This document shows, piece by piece, positions 44,807 through 53,497 of a stretch of DNA of 64,000 nucleotides (the stretch's first letter is position 1; every line of letters starts with the position of its first letter). The DNA is from an uncultured Gemmatimonadota bacterium (GTDB lineage Bacteria; Gemmatimonadota; Gemmatimonadetes; Palauibacterales; Palauibacteraceae). Under the pieces are notes generated by a model. It saw only the letters and a list, made by a program, of their open reading frames with translations. It searched no databases and had not been told where the DNA came from. The stretch lies in NCBI GenBank assembly GCA_964499635.1, contig CAZCLY010000013.1, positions 62,329-126,328 on the forward strand, written 5' to 3'. The translations under genes were made by a program, and so were the position numbers.

Positions 44807-46992
44807 AAGCCGTCATCCAGGACCTCGCGAACGGCGAGGTCCGGGTCGAAGAGGTCCCGCCTCCGCAGCTGCACCCCGGGGGCGTCCTCGTCCGCACCCG
44901 CCGGTCGCTGATCAGCCTGGGGACGGAGCGTGCCGTCATGTCCCTGGCCGGCAAGGGACCGATCGGCAAGGCCCGCGACCGGCCCGACCTCGCGCGCAAG
45001 GTCCTGAACAAGGCGAAGCAGGAAGGCTACTGGGGGACGTACAGAGTCGTGCGCAACCTGCTGGCCTCCCCCATTCCGCTCGGATACTCGTGCGCCGGGG
45101 AGGTCATCGCGGTCGGAGGCGAGGTCACGGAGCTGGTGGCCGGCGATCGAGTCGCGTGCGCCGGGCTCAACTTCGCGAACCACGCCGAGGTCAACTACAT
45201 CCCCCGCAACCTCGTCGTGAAGCTCCCCGCCGATCTCGACTACGATGCGGCTTCGTTCGTGACCGTGGGGACGATCGCCATGCACGGGGTTCGGCTGGCC
45301 GACCTGGCGCTCGGCGATGTGGTCGTCGTGATCGGGCTCGGGCTGGTCGGGCAGCTGGCGGCGCAGCTGGCGCGCGCCGGGGGCGCGACGGTCATCGCCA
45401 CCGACCTCGATCCGGACAAGTGCGAGCTCGCCCTCCGACTGGGGGCCCATCGGGCAAGCGCCGATCCCGGTCGGGTGCAGGAGCTGGTGCACGGCATGAC
45501 CGACGGCCACGGCGCGGACGCGGTGCTCGTGTGTGCCGCCGCCGAGTCCTCCGCGCCGCTGCGACAGGCCGTGAAGCTGTCGCGGATCCGCGGCCGCGTC
45601 GTCCTGGTGGGCGATGTCGGCATGGACCTGGAGCGTCGCCCCCTGTTCGAGAAGGAGGTGCGGCTGGTCGTGAGCCGCTCGTACGGCCCGGGACGCTACG
45701 ATCCCGCCTACGAGGTGCGCGGGGACGACTATCCGTACGAATACGTCCGGTGGACGGAGCGGCGGAACATGCAGGCGTTCATCGACCTGCTGGCGCGTGG
45801 CGACGTCGAGGTCGCCCCCCTGATCACGCACCGGTACGAGATCGACGCGGCCGAGAACGCCTACCGGACTGTGAAGGGGGCCGATGAAGACCCTCCCATC
45901 GGCATTCTGCTCCAATATCCGGGGGAGGAGGGGCGAACACGGGTCGTCCTCTCCGGGGGTCGCCCCGCCGCGCCCCCCGGGACGATTCGCCTCGGCGTGA
46001 TCGGCGCCGGACAATTCGCCAAGGGGGTGCTGCTTCCCGCCTTCGCGCGCTCGAACGACGTCCGGTTCGAGGGCTTCAGCACGGCCTCGGGCATCACCAG
46101 CCGGCGGGTGGCCGAACGGTTCGGGGCCGCGTTCTGTACATCGGATCCCGCGGAGATCATCGGGCACGACGCGATCGACGCGGTCGTGATCGCGACGCGC
46201 CACGACCGGCACGCGGGGCTGGCGATGGAAGCGCTGAGGTCGGGCAAGGCGGTGTTCGTCGAGAAGCCACTCGCGCTGGACGAGGACTCGCTCGCGGAGC
46301 TGTCCGAGGTGCTCGGGTCCTGCGAGAACCCGCGGCTCATGGTGGGCTTCAATCGCCGCTTCTCTCCACTGGCCGTCCGCTGCCGGGACTTCTTCCAGCC
46401 ACGGACCCGTCCCCTGAACGTCTCGTATCGGGTGAACGCGGGCGCCGTCGAACGGGGAAGCTGGGTCCTCGACCCGGTCGAGGGTGGGGGACGGATCATC
46501 GGCGAGGGGTGCCACTTCGTGGACCTGGTCTGCTACCTGACCGGCTCCATACCCGAACGCGTATCGGCGGCGAAGACGTCCGGCGGACGGGAGGCGGACC
46601 TGGATCCGGATGGCATCGCGATCACTCTGCGGATGGCCGACGGATCGGTGGGCGTCATCCACTATGCGGCGAACGGTGACCCGAGCCTGCCCAAGGAATA
46701 TTGCGAGGTGTTCGGAGGCGGACGCGTCGCCATCCTCGACAACTATCGCCGGGCCACTTTCCACGCCGGCAATCGGGCGAGGAAGAAGCGTCTGTGGAAT
46801 CAGGCGAAGGGTCATGCCGAGGAGGTGGAGGCGTTCTTGCGCGCGCTCCTGCGCGCCGAGCCCATGCCGATCGATCCGGGGACGCTGATCGCGGTGACCC
46901 AAACGACGTTCCTCGTCCACGAGAGCCTCGAAACGGGGCGCACGGTGGAGTATCGGTCGCCCCTCCGGCACTCCGCGCGAGGAGACGCTTGA
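44803..46992 (+). CDS. bi-domain oxidoreductase: N-terminal zinc-type MDR alcohol-dehydrogenase-like domain fused to a C-terminal Gfo/Idh/MocA NAD(P)-binding oxidoreductase domain
   Basis: GTG 44803 overlaps the upstream stop. MDR half: GYSCAGEVIAVG, VIGLGLVGQLAAQLARAGGATVIATD. Gfo/Idh/MocA half: IRLGVIGAGQFAKGVLLPAF, AVVIATRHDRHAGLAMEALRSGKAVFVEKP, GFNRRF. 729 aa. Confidence 0.8.
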   Translation: MKAVIQDLANGEVRVEEVPPPQLHPGGVLVRTRRSLISLGTERAVMSLAGKGPIGKARDRPDLARKVLNKAKQEGYWGTYRVVRNLLASPIPLGYSCAGEVIAVGGEVTELVAGDRVACAGLNFANHAEVNYIPRNLVVKLPADLDYDAASFVTVGTIAMHGVRLADLALGDVVVVIGLGLVGQLAAQLARAGGATVIATDLDPDKCELALRLGAHRASADPGRVQELVHGMTDGHGADAVLVCAAAESSAPLRQAVKLSRIRGRVVLVGDVGMDLERRPLFEKEVRLVVSRSYGPGRYDPAYEVRGDDYPYEYVRWTERRNMQAFIDLLARGDVEVAPLITHRYEIDAAENAYRTVKGADEDPPIGILLQYPGEEGRTRVVLSGGRPAAPPGTIRLGVIGAGQFAKGVLLPAFARSNDVRFEGFSTASGITSRRVAERFGAAFCTSDPAEIIGHDAIDAVVIATRHDRHAGLAMEALRSGKAVFVEKPLALDEDSLAELSEVLGSCENPRLMVGFNRRFSPLAVRCRDFFQPRTRPLNVSYRVNAGAVERGSWVLDPVEGGGRIIGEGCHFVDLVCYLTGSIPERVSAAKTSGGREADLDPDGIAITLRMADGSVGVIHYAANGDPSLPKEYCEVFGGGRVAILDNYRRATFHAGNRARKKRLWNQAKGHAEEVEAFLRALLRAEPMPIDPGTLIAVTQTTFLVHESLETGRTVEYRSPLRHSARGDA

Positions 46993-47015
46993 GCGCGGTC
47001 GACTGTGCGGCCCGC

Positions 47016-48656
47016 ATGTACTGGGATGCGATTCGGACCGAGGCTCCACGAGTCCTCGGCCTCATGGACCGGGAGGGCATGAGCCCGACTGCCGGTTGCT
47101 GCGACCGGAACTACTGGGCCTGGAAGTTCGTCGACTTTCCGGGCGCAAGGTTCCAGGAGTCGCTGTGCGCGCTGGCGTTCGTGTGGAGCGAGTCCGCGCC
47201 CGACAGCCCGTTCCGGGGGAGCCCGACGCTTCTGGAGTGGATCCACCTCGGCCTGGAGTTCTGGTGCGGCCTGCAACACCGCGACGGCAGCTTCGACGAG
47301 GCGTATCCGTTCGAGCGCTCGCTGGCCGCGACCGCCTTCACCACCTTCTACGTTTCGGAGGCGGTCGAGATGCTGGGGGACGCGATCCGCGACCACACCC
47401 GGGAGCGGGTCGTCGAAACCGTGCACGACGCCGGGCGGTGGCTGCTCGCCAACGACGAGTCGCACGGCGTGCTCTCGAACCACCTCGCGGCGGCCGCCGC
47501 GGCTCTCGCGCACGCCCACCGGCTCACCGGAGTGCGGGCGCTCGGGGACCGCAGTCGGTACTTCCTCGGCCTCATCCTGTCCCGTCAGTCCGACGAGGGG
47601 TGGTACGAGGAATACGGCGGGGCGGACCCCGGCTACCAGACGCACGGCAGCTTCTATCTGGCGCGCTGTCTCGAACTGGCGCCCGACGAGAACCTACGGC
47701 GGAGTCTGTATCGATCGGTGGACTTCATCGCCCACTTCGTGCACCCCGATCGCAGTCTGGGCGGCGAATACGCCAGCCGGAACACCAAGACCTACTATCC
47801 GGCCGCCTTCGAGATGCTGGCCGCCGAGCACGAGGGAGCGGCCTGGATCGCCGGACACATGCGGCCGGGTGTGGCGGTGGGCGCCGCGGCGAGCCTGCGC
47901 GGCATCGATGCATACAACTACTTCCCGTTCCTCAACAACTATGTGTTCGCGCTGCGAGCCTGCGCCGAGCGCGATGGGGATGGAGGGATGGCGCGGGATC
48001 CGACCCCCGGGAGCGGCTGCACGCGCTTTCCGGATGCCGGCCTCCTGAGGGTCCGGCGACCGAGCTACGAGCTGTTCATGGGGACGACCAAGGGCGGCGT
48101 GCTGAAAGTGTTCGACCGGTCGACCGGAGAGCTCCTGCTCTCCGACTGCGGGTACGTGGGCCGGCTGTCCGACGGGCGGCTGTGCTCGAGCCAGTACCTC
48201 GACCCCCGGCGGCCCGTCGAGACGCGCGATGACGAGGTCATCGTGGAAGGCTCCTTCATGGAGCTCGGTCGCCCCGCGATGACCCCCGCACGGTTCATCG
48301 GCTTCCGCCTGTTCAGCCTGACCGTGGGACGGGTTCCCCCTGTGGGGCGCTGGCTCAAGAGACTCCTGGTCCGTGTCCTCATCCACCGCAAGCGGCCGAT
48401 TCCGCTGCGCTTCGAGCGTCGCGTTCGGTTCGCGGAGGGCATCGTGGAAGTGGAGGATCGCATCGGGGGACCGGGGCTGGCGCGTCTCGAGAGATTGGAG
48501 TGGGCCCCGCTGCTGACCACGATCCACATGGGCTCTGCCCGCTACTACGTGGCCAACGAGCTCGCGAGCGGCGCGGAGCGCTCCATCGACCTGCGCGAGC
48601 TCGCGACGGGGGCTCCGCTGCGCCGCTCCGCCCGCCCCGTTCGCGCGGACGCCTGA
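47016..48656 (+). CDS. conserved hypothetical protein (547 aa), possibly an alpha/alpha-toroid polysaccharide-modifying enzyme (heparinase II/III-like)
   Basis: ATG 47016; an alternative TTG at 46989 overlaps the upstream stop. Protein-like throughout (WIHLGLEFWCGLQHRDGSFDEAYPFERS, DEGWYEEYGGADPGYQTHGSFYLARCLE). No family confidently recognised. Family assignment is a guess from neighbourhood and size. Confidence 0.5.
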   Translation: MYWDAIRTEAPRVLGLMDREGMSPTAGCCDRNYWAWKFVDFPGARFQESLCALAFVWSESAPDSPFRGSPTLLEWIHLGLEFWCGLQHRDGSFDEAYPFERSLAATAFTTFYVSEAVEMLGDAIRDHTRERVVETVHDAGRWLLANDESHGVLSNHLAAAAAALAHAHRLTGVRALGDRSRYFLGLILSRQSDEGWYEEYGGADPGYQTHGSFYLARCLELAPDENLRRSLYRSVDFIAHFVHPDRSLGGEYASRNTKTYYPAAFEMLAAEHEGAAWIAGHMRPGVAVGAAASLRGIDAYNYFPFLNNYVFALRACAERDGDGGMARDPTPGSGCTRFPDAGLLRVRRPSYELFMGTTKGGVLKVFDRSTGELLLSDCGYVGRLSDGRLCSSQYLDPRRPVETRDDEVIVEGSFMELGRPAMTPARFIGFRLFSLTVGRVPPVGRWLKRLLVRVLIHRKRPIPLRFERRVRFAEGIVEVEDRIGGPGLARLERLEWAPLLTTIHMGSARYYVANELASGAERSIDLRELATGAPLRRSARPVRADA

Positions 48657-48657
48657 T

Positions 48658-50589
48658 ATGTGCGGCATCTGCGGGTACGTGGGAATCCACGAGCCGGGGC
48701 TGCTTCGATCGATGACCGAGGCGATCGCGCACCGGGGTCCGGACGGGCAGGGGTGCTTCGCGGAGGAGGCCATCGGGCTCGGTCACCGGAGGCTGAGCAT
48801 CATCGACGTGGCGGGCGGTCAACAGCCGATCTTCAACGAGGATCGTTCGGTGGTGTTGATCGCGAACGGCGAGATCTACAACCACCGGGAGCTCCGTTCC
48901 GAGCTCGAAGCGAAAGGCCACCGCTTCCGCTCGCGGTCCGACTCGGAAGTTCTGGTCCACCTGTACGAGGAGGAGGGCCCGGAAGGCGTGCGGCGGTTGG
49001 GCGGGATGTACGCCTACGCCATCTACGATACGCGGGATCGCTCGCTGTTCCTCGCGCGCGATCGACTCGGCATCAAGCCCCTGTACTACGCGGACCTCCC
49101 GGGCGGCCGGTTCCTGTTCGCGTCGGAGAGCAAGTCGATTCTCCGCTACGGGGGACTCCGGCCGACCCTCGACCCCCGCGCCGTGCACGACTACCTGGCG
49201 CTGCGATACGTGCCCGGGCCGGGAGGGATGATCGCCGAGATCCGCAAGCTCCCGGCCGCGCATTGGGCGCGATACCGCGATGGACGCCTGGAGCTCAGGC
49301 GCTATTGGCAGCCCGAGCTGTACGAGGGCCCGTTCCCGTACCGGGACGAGGAGTACCTCGAAGGTTTCGCGCAGCGCTTCGAGATGAGCGTAGAGCGACG
49401 TCTGATGTCGGAGGTGCCCTTCGGCGCCTACCTGAGTGGCGGGCTCGACTCGAGCGTCATCGTCGCCGCCATGGCGGCGCGCGTCTCGACCCCGGTCCGC
49501 ACGTTCGCCGTCGGGTTCGACTATGCGCACGACGAGCTCGCGGCGGCGTCCGAGACCGCCCGCCTGCTGGGGTGCGAGCACACCGAGATCGCCTGCACGA
49601 TCGACGACATCGAGCTGCTCCCCGACCTCGTGTACCATCTGGACGAGCCGCTCGGCGATCCCATCGTGATCCCCATGCACCGCCTCGCGCGGACGGCCAA
49701 GAGCCACGTCACCGTGATCCAGGCCGGGGAGGGAGCGGACGAGATCCTCGGCGGCTATCTGTTCCACAAGGCCCTGTTGGGTGGCTGCCGACTGAATCGG
49801 GCCGTGCCCGGCTTCATTCGCCGCGGCCTGCTCGGCCCAGCGCTGCGGGCGACCCCGGCCCGCGTCCTGAACCTCGCGTTCAGCTACCCGGCGGCGTTGG
49901 GTGGGCGCGGCAAGCAGAAGCTGCTGGACTACCTCGATCTCACGGGTGCCGACCGGCTTCCGGAGGCGTATCGGCACCTGATCTCGCTGTTCGACGCGCG
50001 CGATGTCGAGGCGCTCTACGCGAACGAGTTCGAGCGGGCCCTCGGCGATGCACCGCCACACGAACTCGCGTCGCCCGACGGTGCGGCCCCGTACCTGAAC
50101 CGCATCCTGCACCTCCAGTTCGCGCACTGGCTCCCGGACGACATCCTCATGAAGCAGGACAAGATGTCGATGGCCAGCGGCGTCGAGGTGCGGGTTCCCT
50201 TCCTCGACCACGAGCTCGTCGAGTACGTGCTTCGCGTCCCCCCGCGCCTCAAGATCCGGGGTCTGACGTCGAAGCACCTGCTGCGCCGCTACGCGTCGCG
50301 AGTCCTCCCCGATCGGATCGTTCGGCGCCGCAAGATGCCGTTCTATCTCCCGCTCGAGAAGTACGCCCGACACCCGACCTTCCTGGCGTTCGTGGACGAG
50401 ACGCTCTCGGAGAAGACGGTGAGGGAGCGGGGGCTGTTCCGGCCGGCCGGGGTGCAGGCTCTCCGTGACCGGGCCGTGGGCGGAGAGTTCGTGTACGTCA
50501 AGCAGCTCTTCAGCCTGGTGGTGCTCGAGCTGTGGATGCGGGGGGTGTTCGACCGGTCGGGCCGGACGGGCGCGAGGCGAGCGGGATGA
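48658..50589 (+). CDS. asnB: asparagine synthetase B-type glutamine amidotransferase
   Basis: N-terminal MCGICG nucleophile Cys. GATase-2 domain. SGGLDSS PP-loop. 643 aa. Starts 1 nt after the upstream stop. Confidence 0.9.
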   Translation: MCGICGYVGIHEPGLLRSMTEAIAHRGPDGQGCFAEEAIGLGHRRLSIIDVAGGQQPIFNEDRSVVLIANGEIYNHRELRSELEAKGHRFRSRSDSEVLVHLYEEEGPEGVRRLGGMYAYAIYDTRDRSLFLARDRLGIKPLYYADLPGGRFLFASESKSILRYGGLRPTLDPRAVHDYLALRYVPGPGGMIAEIRKLPAAHWARYRDGRLELRRYWQPELYEGPFPYRDEEYLEGFAQRFEMSVERRLMSEVPFGAYLSGGLDSSVIVAAMAARVSTPVRTFAVGFDYAHDELAAASETARLLGCEHTEIACTIDDIELLPDLVYHLDEPLGDPIVIPMHRLARTAKSHVTVIQAGEGADEILGGYLFHKALLGGCRLNRAVPGFIRRGLLGPALRATPARVLNLAFSYPAALGGRGKQKLLDYLDLTGADRLPEAYRHLISLFDARDVEALYANEFERALGDAPPHELASPDGAAPYLNRILHLQFAHWLPDDILMKQDKMSMASGVEVRVPFLDHELVEYVLRVPPRLKIRGLTSKHLLRRYASRVLPDRIVRRRKMPFYLPLEKYARHPTFLAFVDETLSEKTVRERGLFRPAGVQALRDRAVGGEFVYVKQLFSLVVLELWMRGVFDRSGRTGARRAG

Positions 50590-52322
50590 GTGCGCCGGCG
50601 CTTACGCGGCCGCGCGGGCCGCTCGTCGGGCTCGCCCTGGGGGCGTTCGCGTGCTACGCGCCGGGCTTCTGGTGGGGGGCGCCGCACGCCACGTCTGCGG
50701 ACAGGGTCCGGCCCTGGGGTGTCGACGACGAGACCCCGCTCGGCACGCTCGGACAGGTCGCGGACATCGTCGCGCCGCGACCCCGCCGCAATGCCGGCTA
50801 CCCGAAGATGCACGCGCTCATGTCGACCGCCGCGATGGCCCCCTACATCGTGTGGAGCCGGGCGACGGGTCGGATGTCGGGGTTCGACGACGAGTACCCG
50901 TTCGGGTTCGCCGACCCGGTGACCGGGATCGAACGGCTCTCGAACGTCGCGCACCTGCTCTCCGTCCTGCTGGGCGTGGGGATCGTGCTGGCCGCGTTCG
51001 ATGTGGGGCGTGTGCTGTGGACACCGGGGACCGGCGTCCTGTCGGCATCGTTCGCTGCGGTGGTCTTCCCGATGTTCTACTACGCCCGCACCGGCAACGT
51101 GGACGTGCCGATGTTGTTCTTCATAGCCCTGGCCCTGTCCGCCTATGTCCGGGCGTTGCGCGGTGGGGTCACTGCGCGCCGCGCGGTGTGGGCGGGGATC
51201 TGGATCGGGCTTGCGGTCGCGACGAAGGAATCCGCGTTCGGCGCCGTGGCCCCCATCCCGCTCGTCATGGCGTGGATCGCGGTCCGGAATCCCGCCGAGG
51301 CCGCGCCCGACGGCATCCGGAAGCCGCTCTTGTGGGGTGGCCTCGCGTGCGTCCTCGCCTACGGTCTCGGCAGCGGGCTGTTCCTGGATCCGGGCTGGTA
51401 CATCGATCACGTCCGATTCCTGCTGGCCCGGACCGCCACCGTGGCCCGGGAGGGCGAGGGGGTCGTTCGGAGCTACCCACGTACCTTGTCCGGCGACCTC
51501 GCCTACCTGGGTGCGGGGGGTCGGTATCTGGTCTCCGCCATGAACCCCGTGATCTTCGGGCTGGGGGCGGTCGGGGTGGCGCTGGGGCTTCGCGAGCGTC
51601 GCACGCGACTGCTGCTGATCCCGGCGTTGGGATACGCGATCTTCATGTTCCTCACGGTCCGCACGCTTCAGCTCCGCTACGTGCTGCCATTCGCGTACGT
51701 GCTCGCGATCCTCGCCGGCGGGGCGGTGGCATCCGCGTGGCGCTCCGATCGCGCGTGGCTGCGAATAAGCGCCATCGCGGCGGCCACCACCGGTCTGGGG
51801 ATCGGGCTCCTGTGGGGTGGCGAGCTCACGTACGAGATGGTGCGTGACTCCCGGAACGACGCGGCCCGATGGCTGGCCGCGAGGACCGAGAGCGGGGACC
51901 GGGTCGCCTACTTCGGGCCCATCCAGAAGCTGCCGCCCCTCGAGCGCGGTGTCGTCTCCGACCAGTCCGCTCCCTTTGAGGGGATGTGGGCCACGCGTCC
52001 GGATGACGCCGTCGCGCCGAGGAAGATCCTGGATCACTGGGAGCGAACGCGGCCCGCCTTCGTCATCGTCATGCCGGACCACGTCAGCTATCCGGGCGTG
52101 CCACACAACATCACGCTGCCGCCCGAGCTCTTCGACGCCCTCGAGGCGGGCGCCACGCCCTTCCGGCCGGTCGCCCGATTCCGGACGGAGCCGCTCCTTC
52201 CGTGGACGGGCATGCCGGCGCTCGACTACCCGACCGTCAATCCGACGATTCGGATCTACGAGCGAGTCGATGGAGCGGCGCGAGCCCACGGAGGGGACCG
52301 GCCACCCGGGGGTGGACGTTGA
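50586..52322 (+). CDS. glycosyltransferase family 39-like (GT-C fold, PMT/ArnT-type polyprenyl-phosphate-sugar-dependent transferase)
   Basis: ATG overlaps the asnB stop (ATGA). 10+ TM segments. N-terminal periplasmic-loop DE-type motif region (GVDDETPLG). Large hydrophilic C-terminal domain. Layout typical of GT39/GT83. Confidence 0.75.
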   Translation: MSAPALTRPRGPLVGLALGAFACYAPGFWWGAPHATSADRVRPWGVDDETPLGTLGQVADIVAPRPRRNAGYPKMHALMSTAAMAPYIVWSRATGRMSGFDDEYPFGFADPVTGIERLSNVAHLLSVLLGVGIVLAAFDVGRVLWTPGTGVLSASFAAVVFPMFYYARTGNVDVPMLFFIALALSAYVRALRGGVTARRAVWAGIWIGLAVATKESAFGAVAPIPLVMAWIAVRNPAEAAPDGIRKPLLWGGLACVLAYGLGSGLFLDPGWYIDHVRFLLARTATVAREGEGVVRSYPRTLSGDLAYLGAGGRYLVSAMNPVIFGLGAVGVALGLRERRTRLLLIPALGYAIFMFLTVRTLQLRYVLPFAYVLAILAGGAVASAWRSDRAWLRISAIAAATTGLGIGLLWGGELTYEMVRDSRNDAARWLAARTESGDRVAYFGPIQKLPPLERGVVSDQSAPFEGMWATRPDDAVAPRKILDHWERTRPAFVIVMPDHVSYPGVPHNITLPPELFDALEAGATPFRPVARFRTEPLLPWTGMPALDYPTVNPTIRIYERVDGAARAHGGDRPPGGGR

Positions 52323-52381
52323 CCAGAACGACTTCGGACGATCCGAGGGCGGGTCGCGAAGCGACGGAGAGACGTAGAGAG

Positions 52382-53461
52382 ATGAGCATGAGAACCAATC
52401 CCGTGGTAGACATTCCGGGGCCCATGGCGACCCCCGGCGAAGCGGCCGTGGACGTGTCCGTCGTGTGCCCCTTCTACAATGAGGAGAAGATCCTCGAGTC
52501 CGCGGTGCGGCGACTGTTGGCACGTCTGGAAGCGATGGAGGAGTCGTGGGAGCTGCTCATTGTCAACGACGGCTCGACGGACGGTTCGGGCGAGATCGCG
52601 GCGCGGCTCGCTGCGGGGCACGAACGCCTCCGATGTGTGGGATACACGACCAACCGCGGGCGCGGGTACGCGCTCAGAACGGGAATCGGGGCGGCCCGGG
52701 GAGCCGTCGTGATCACCACCGAGATCGATCTCTCCTGGGGCGAGGACATCGTCGAGCGGCTCCTCGCCGCAATGAACGAGTGGCCCGATGCCGACATCGT
52801 CGTCGCGAGTCCGCATCTGCCGGGCGGCGGGTACAGGAACGTGCCCGGCAAGCGGGTCTTCCTGAGCAGGTTCGGGAATCACGTGATCCGGGCCTGCATG
52901 TCGCAGGCCGTCACGATGAACACGGGTATGACGCGCGCGTACCGACGCGGAGTGATCCGCTCGCTGCCCCTTCGCGAGGATCGCAAGCAGTTTCATCTCG
53001 AGGTCCTGCTCAAGGCGACCGCGCTCGGCTACCGCGTACGCGAGATCCCCACGGTCCTCGAGTGGCTGGAGTACAAGCATGAGGGTCGGCGGGTGAAGCG
53101 GAAGAGCGCGTCGCAGCTCCGACCGGTCATCAAGTCGCACACCCTGTTCAGCCTGTTCGCCGAGCCGCTGCGGTACGTGTGGGCCATGAGCCTGGCCGCG
53201 TTGTTCGTCGGCATGACCTCGCTGGTGTGGGCGATCGTGCTCACGGCCCAGGGCGAGGTGTCCGTGTACATGGCCCTGCTGAGCGTGCTGATGGTCATCC
53301 TGTCGATCGTGCTGTTCGTGCTCGGCGTGGTCCTCCAGCAGGGGAACGCGATCCAGCGGGAGCTGTGGATGACCCAGCGCCAGCTCAACCGCCTGCCGGG
53401 GATGTCGGAGGCGGACGAGCGCGTGCGGGACGCCTCTCCCCCGCCGCCCCCCCGGGCGTGA
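52382..53461 (+). CDS. glycosyltransferase family 2 (polyprenyl-phosphate sugar synthase type, DPM1/ArnC/GtrB-like) with C-terminal TM helices
   Basis: GT-A signature VSVVCPFYNEE, LLIVNDGSTDGS, DxD-like ITTEIDLS. Two C-terminal TM helices (LAALFVGMTSLVWAIVL, ALLSVLMVILSIVLFVLGVVL). GGAGAG RBS. Confidence 0.85.
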   Translation: MSMRTNPVVDIPGPMATPGEAAVDVSVVCPFYNEEKILESAVRRLLARLEAMEESWELLIVNDGSTDGSGEIAARLAAGHERLRCVGYTTNRGRGYALRTGIGAARGAVVITTEIDLSWGEDIVERLLAAMNEWPDADIVVASPHLPGGGYRNVPGKRVFLSRFGNHVIRACMSQAVTMNTGMTRAYRRGVIRSLPLREDRKQFHLEVLLKATALGYRVREIPTVLEWLEYKHEGRRVKRKSASQLRPVIKSHTLFSLFAEPLRYVWAMSLAALFVGMTSLVWAIVLTAQGEVSVYMALLSVLMVILSIVLFVLGVVLQQGNAIQRELWMTQRQLNRLPGMSEADERVRDASPPPPPRA

Positions 53462-53497
53462 GGGAGGCGACGGGGGGCCGGTGCTCCCCGCTCTCGT

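Noticed and set aside
44521-52523. long minus-strand ORFs 44521..47049, 48379..50373, 50343..52523
   Set aside because: Antisense shadows of the plus-strand biosynthetic genes. No motifs. Arg/Gly/Pro-rich.
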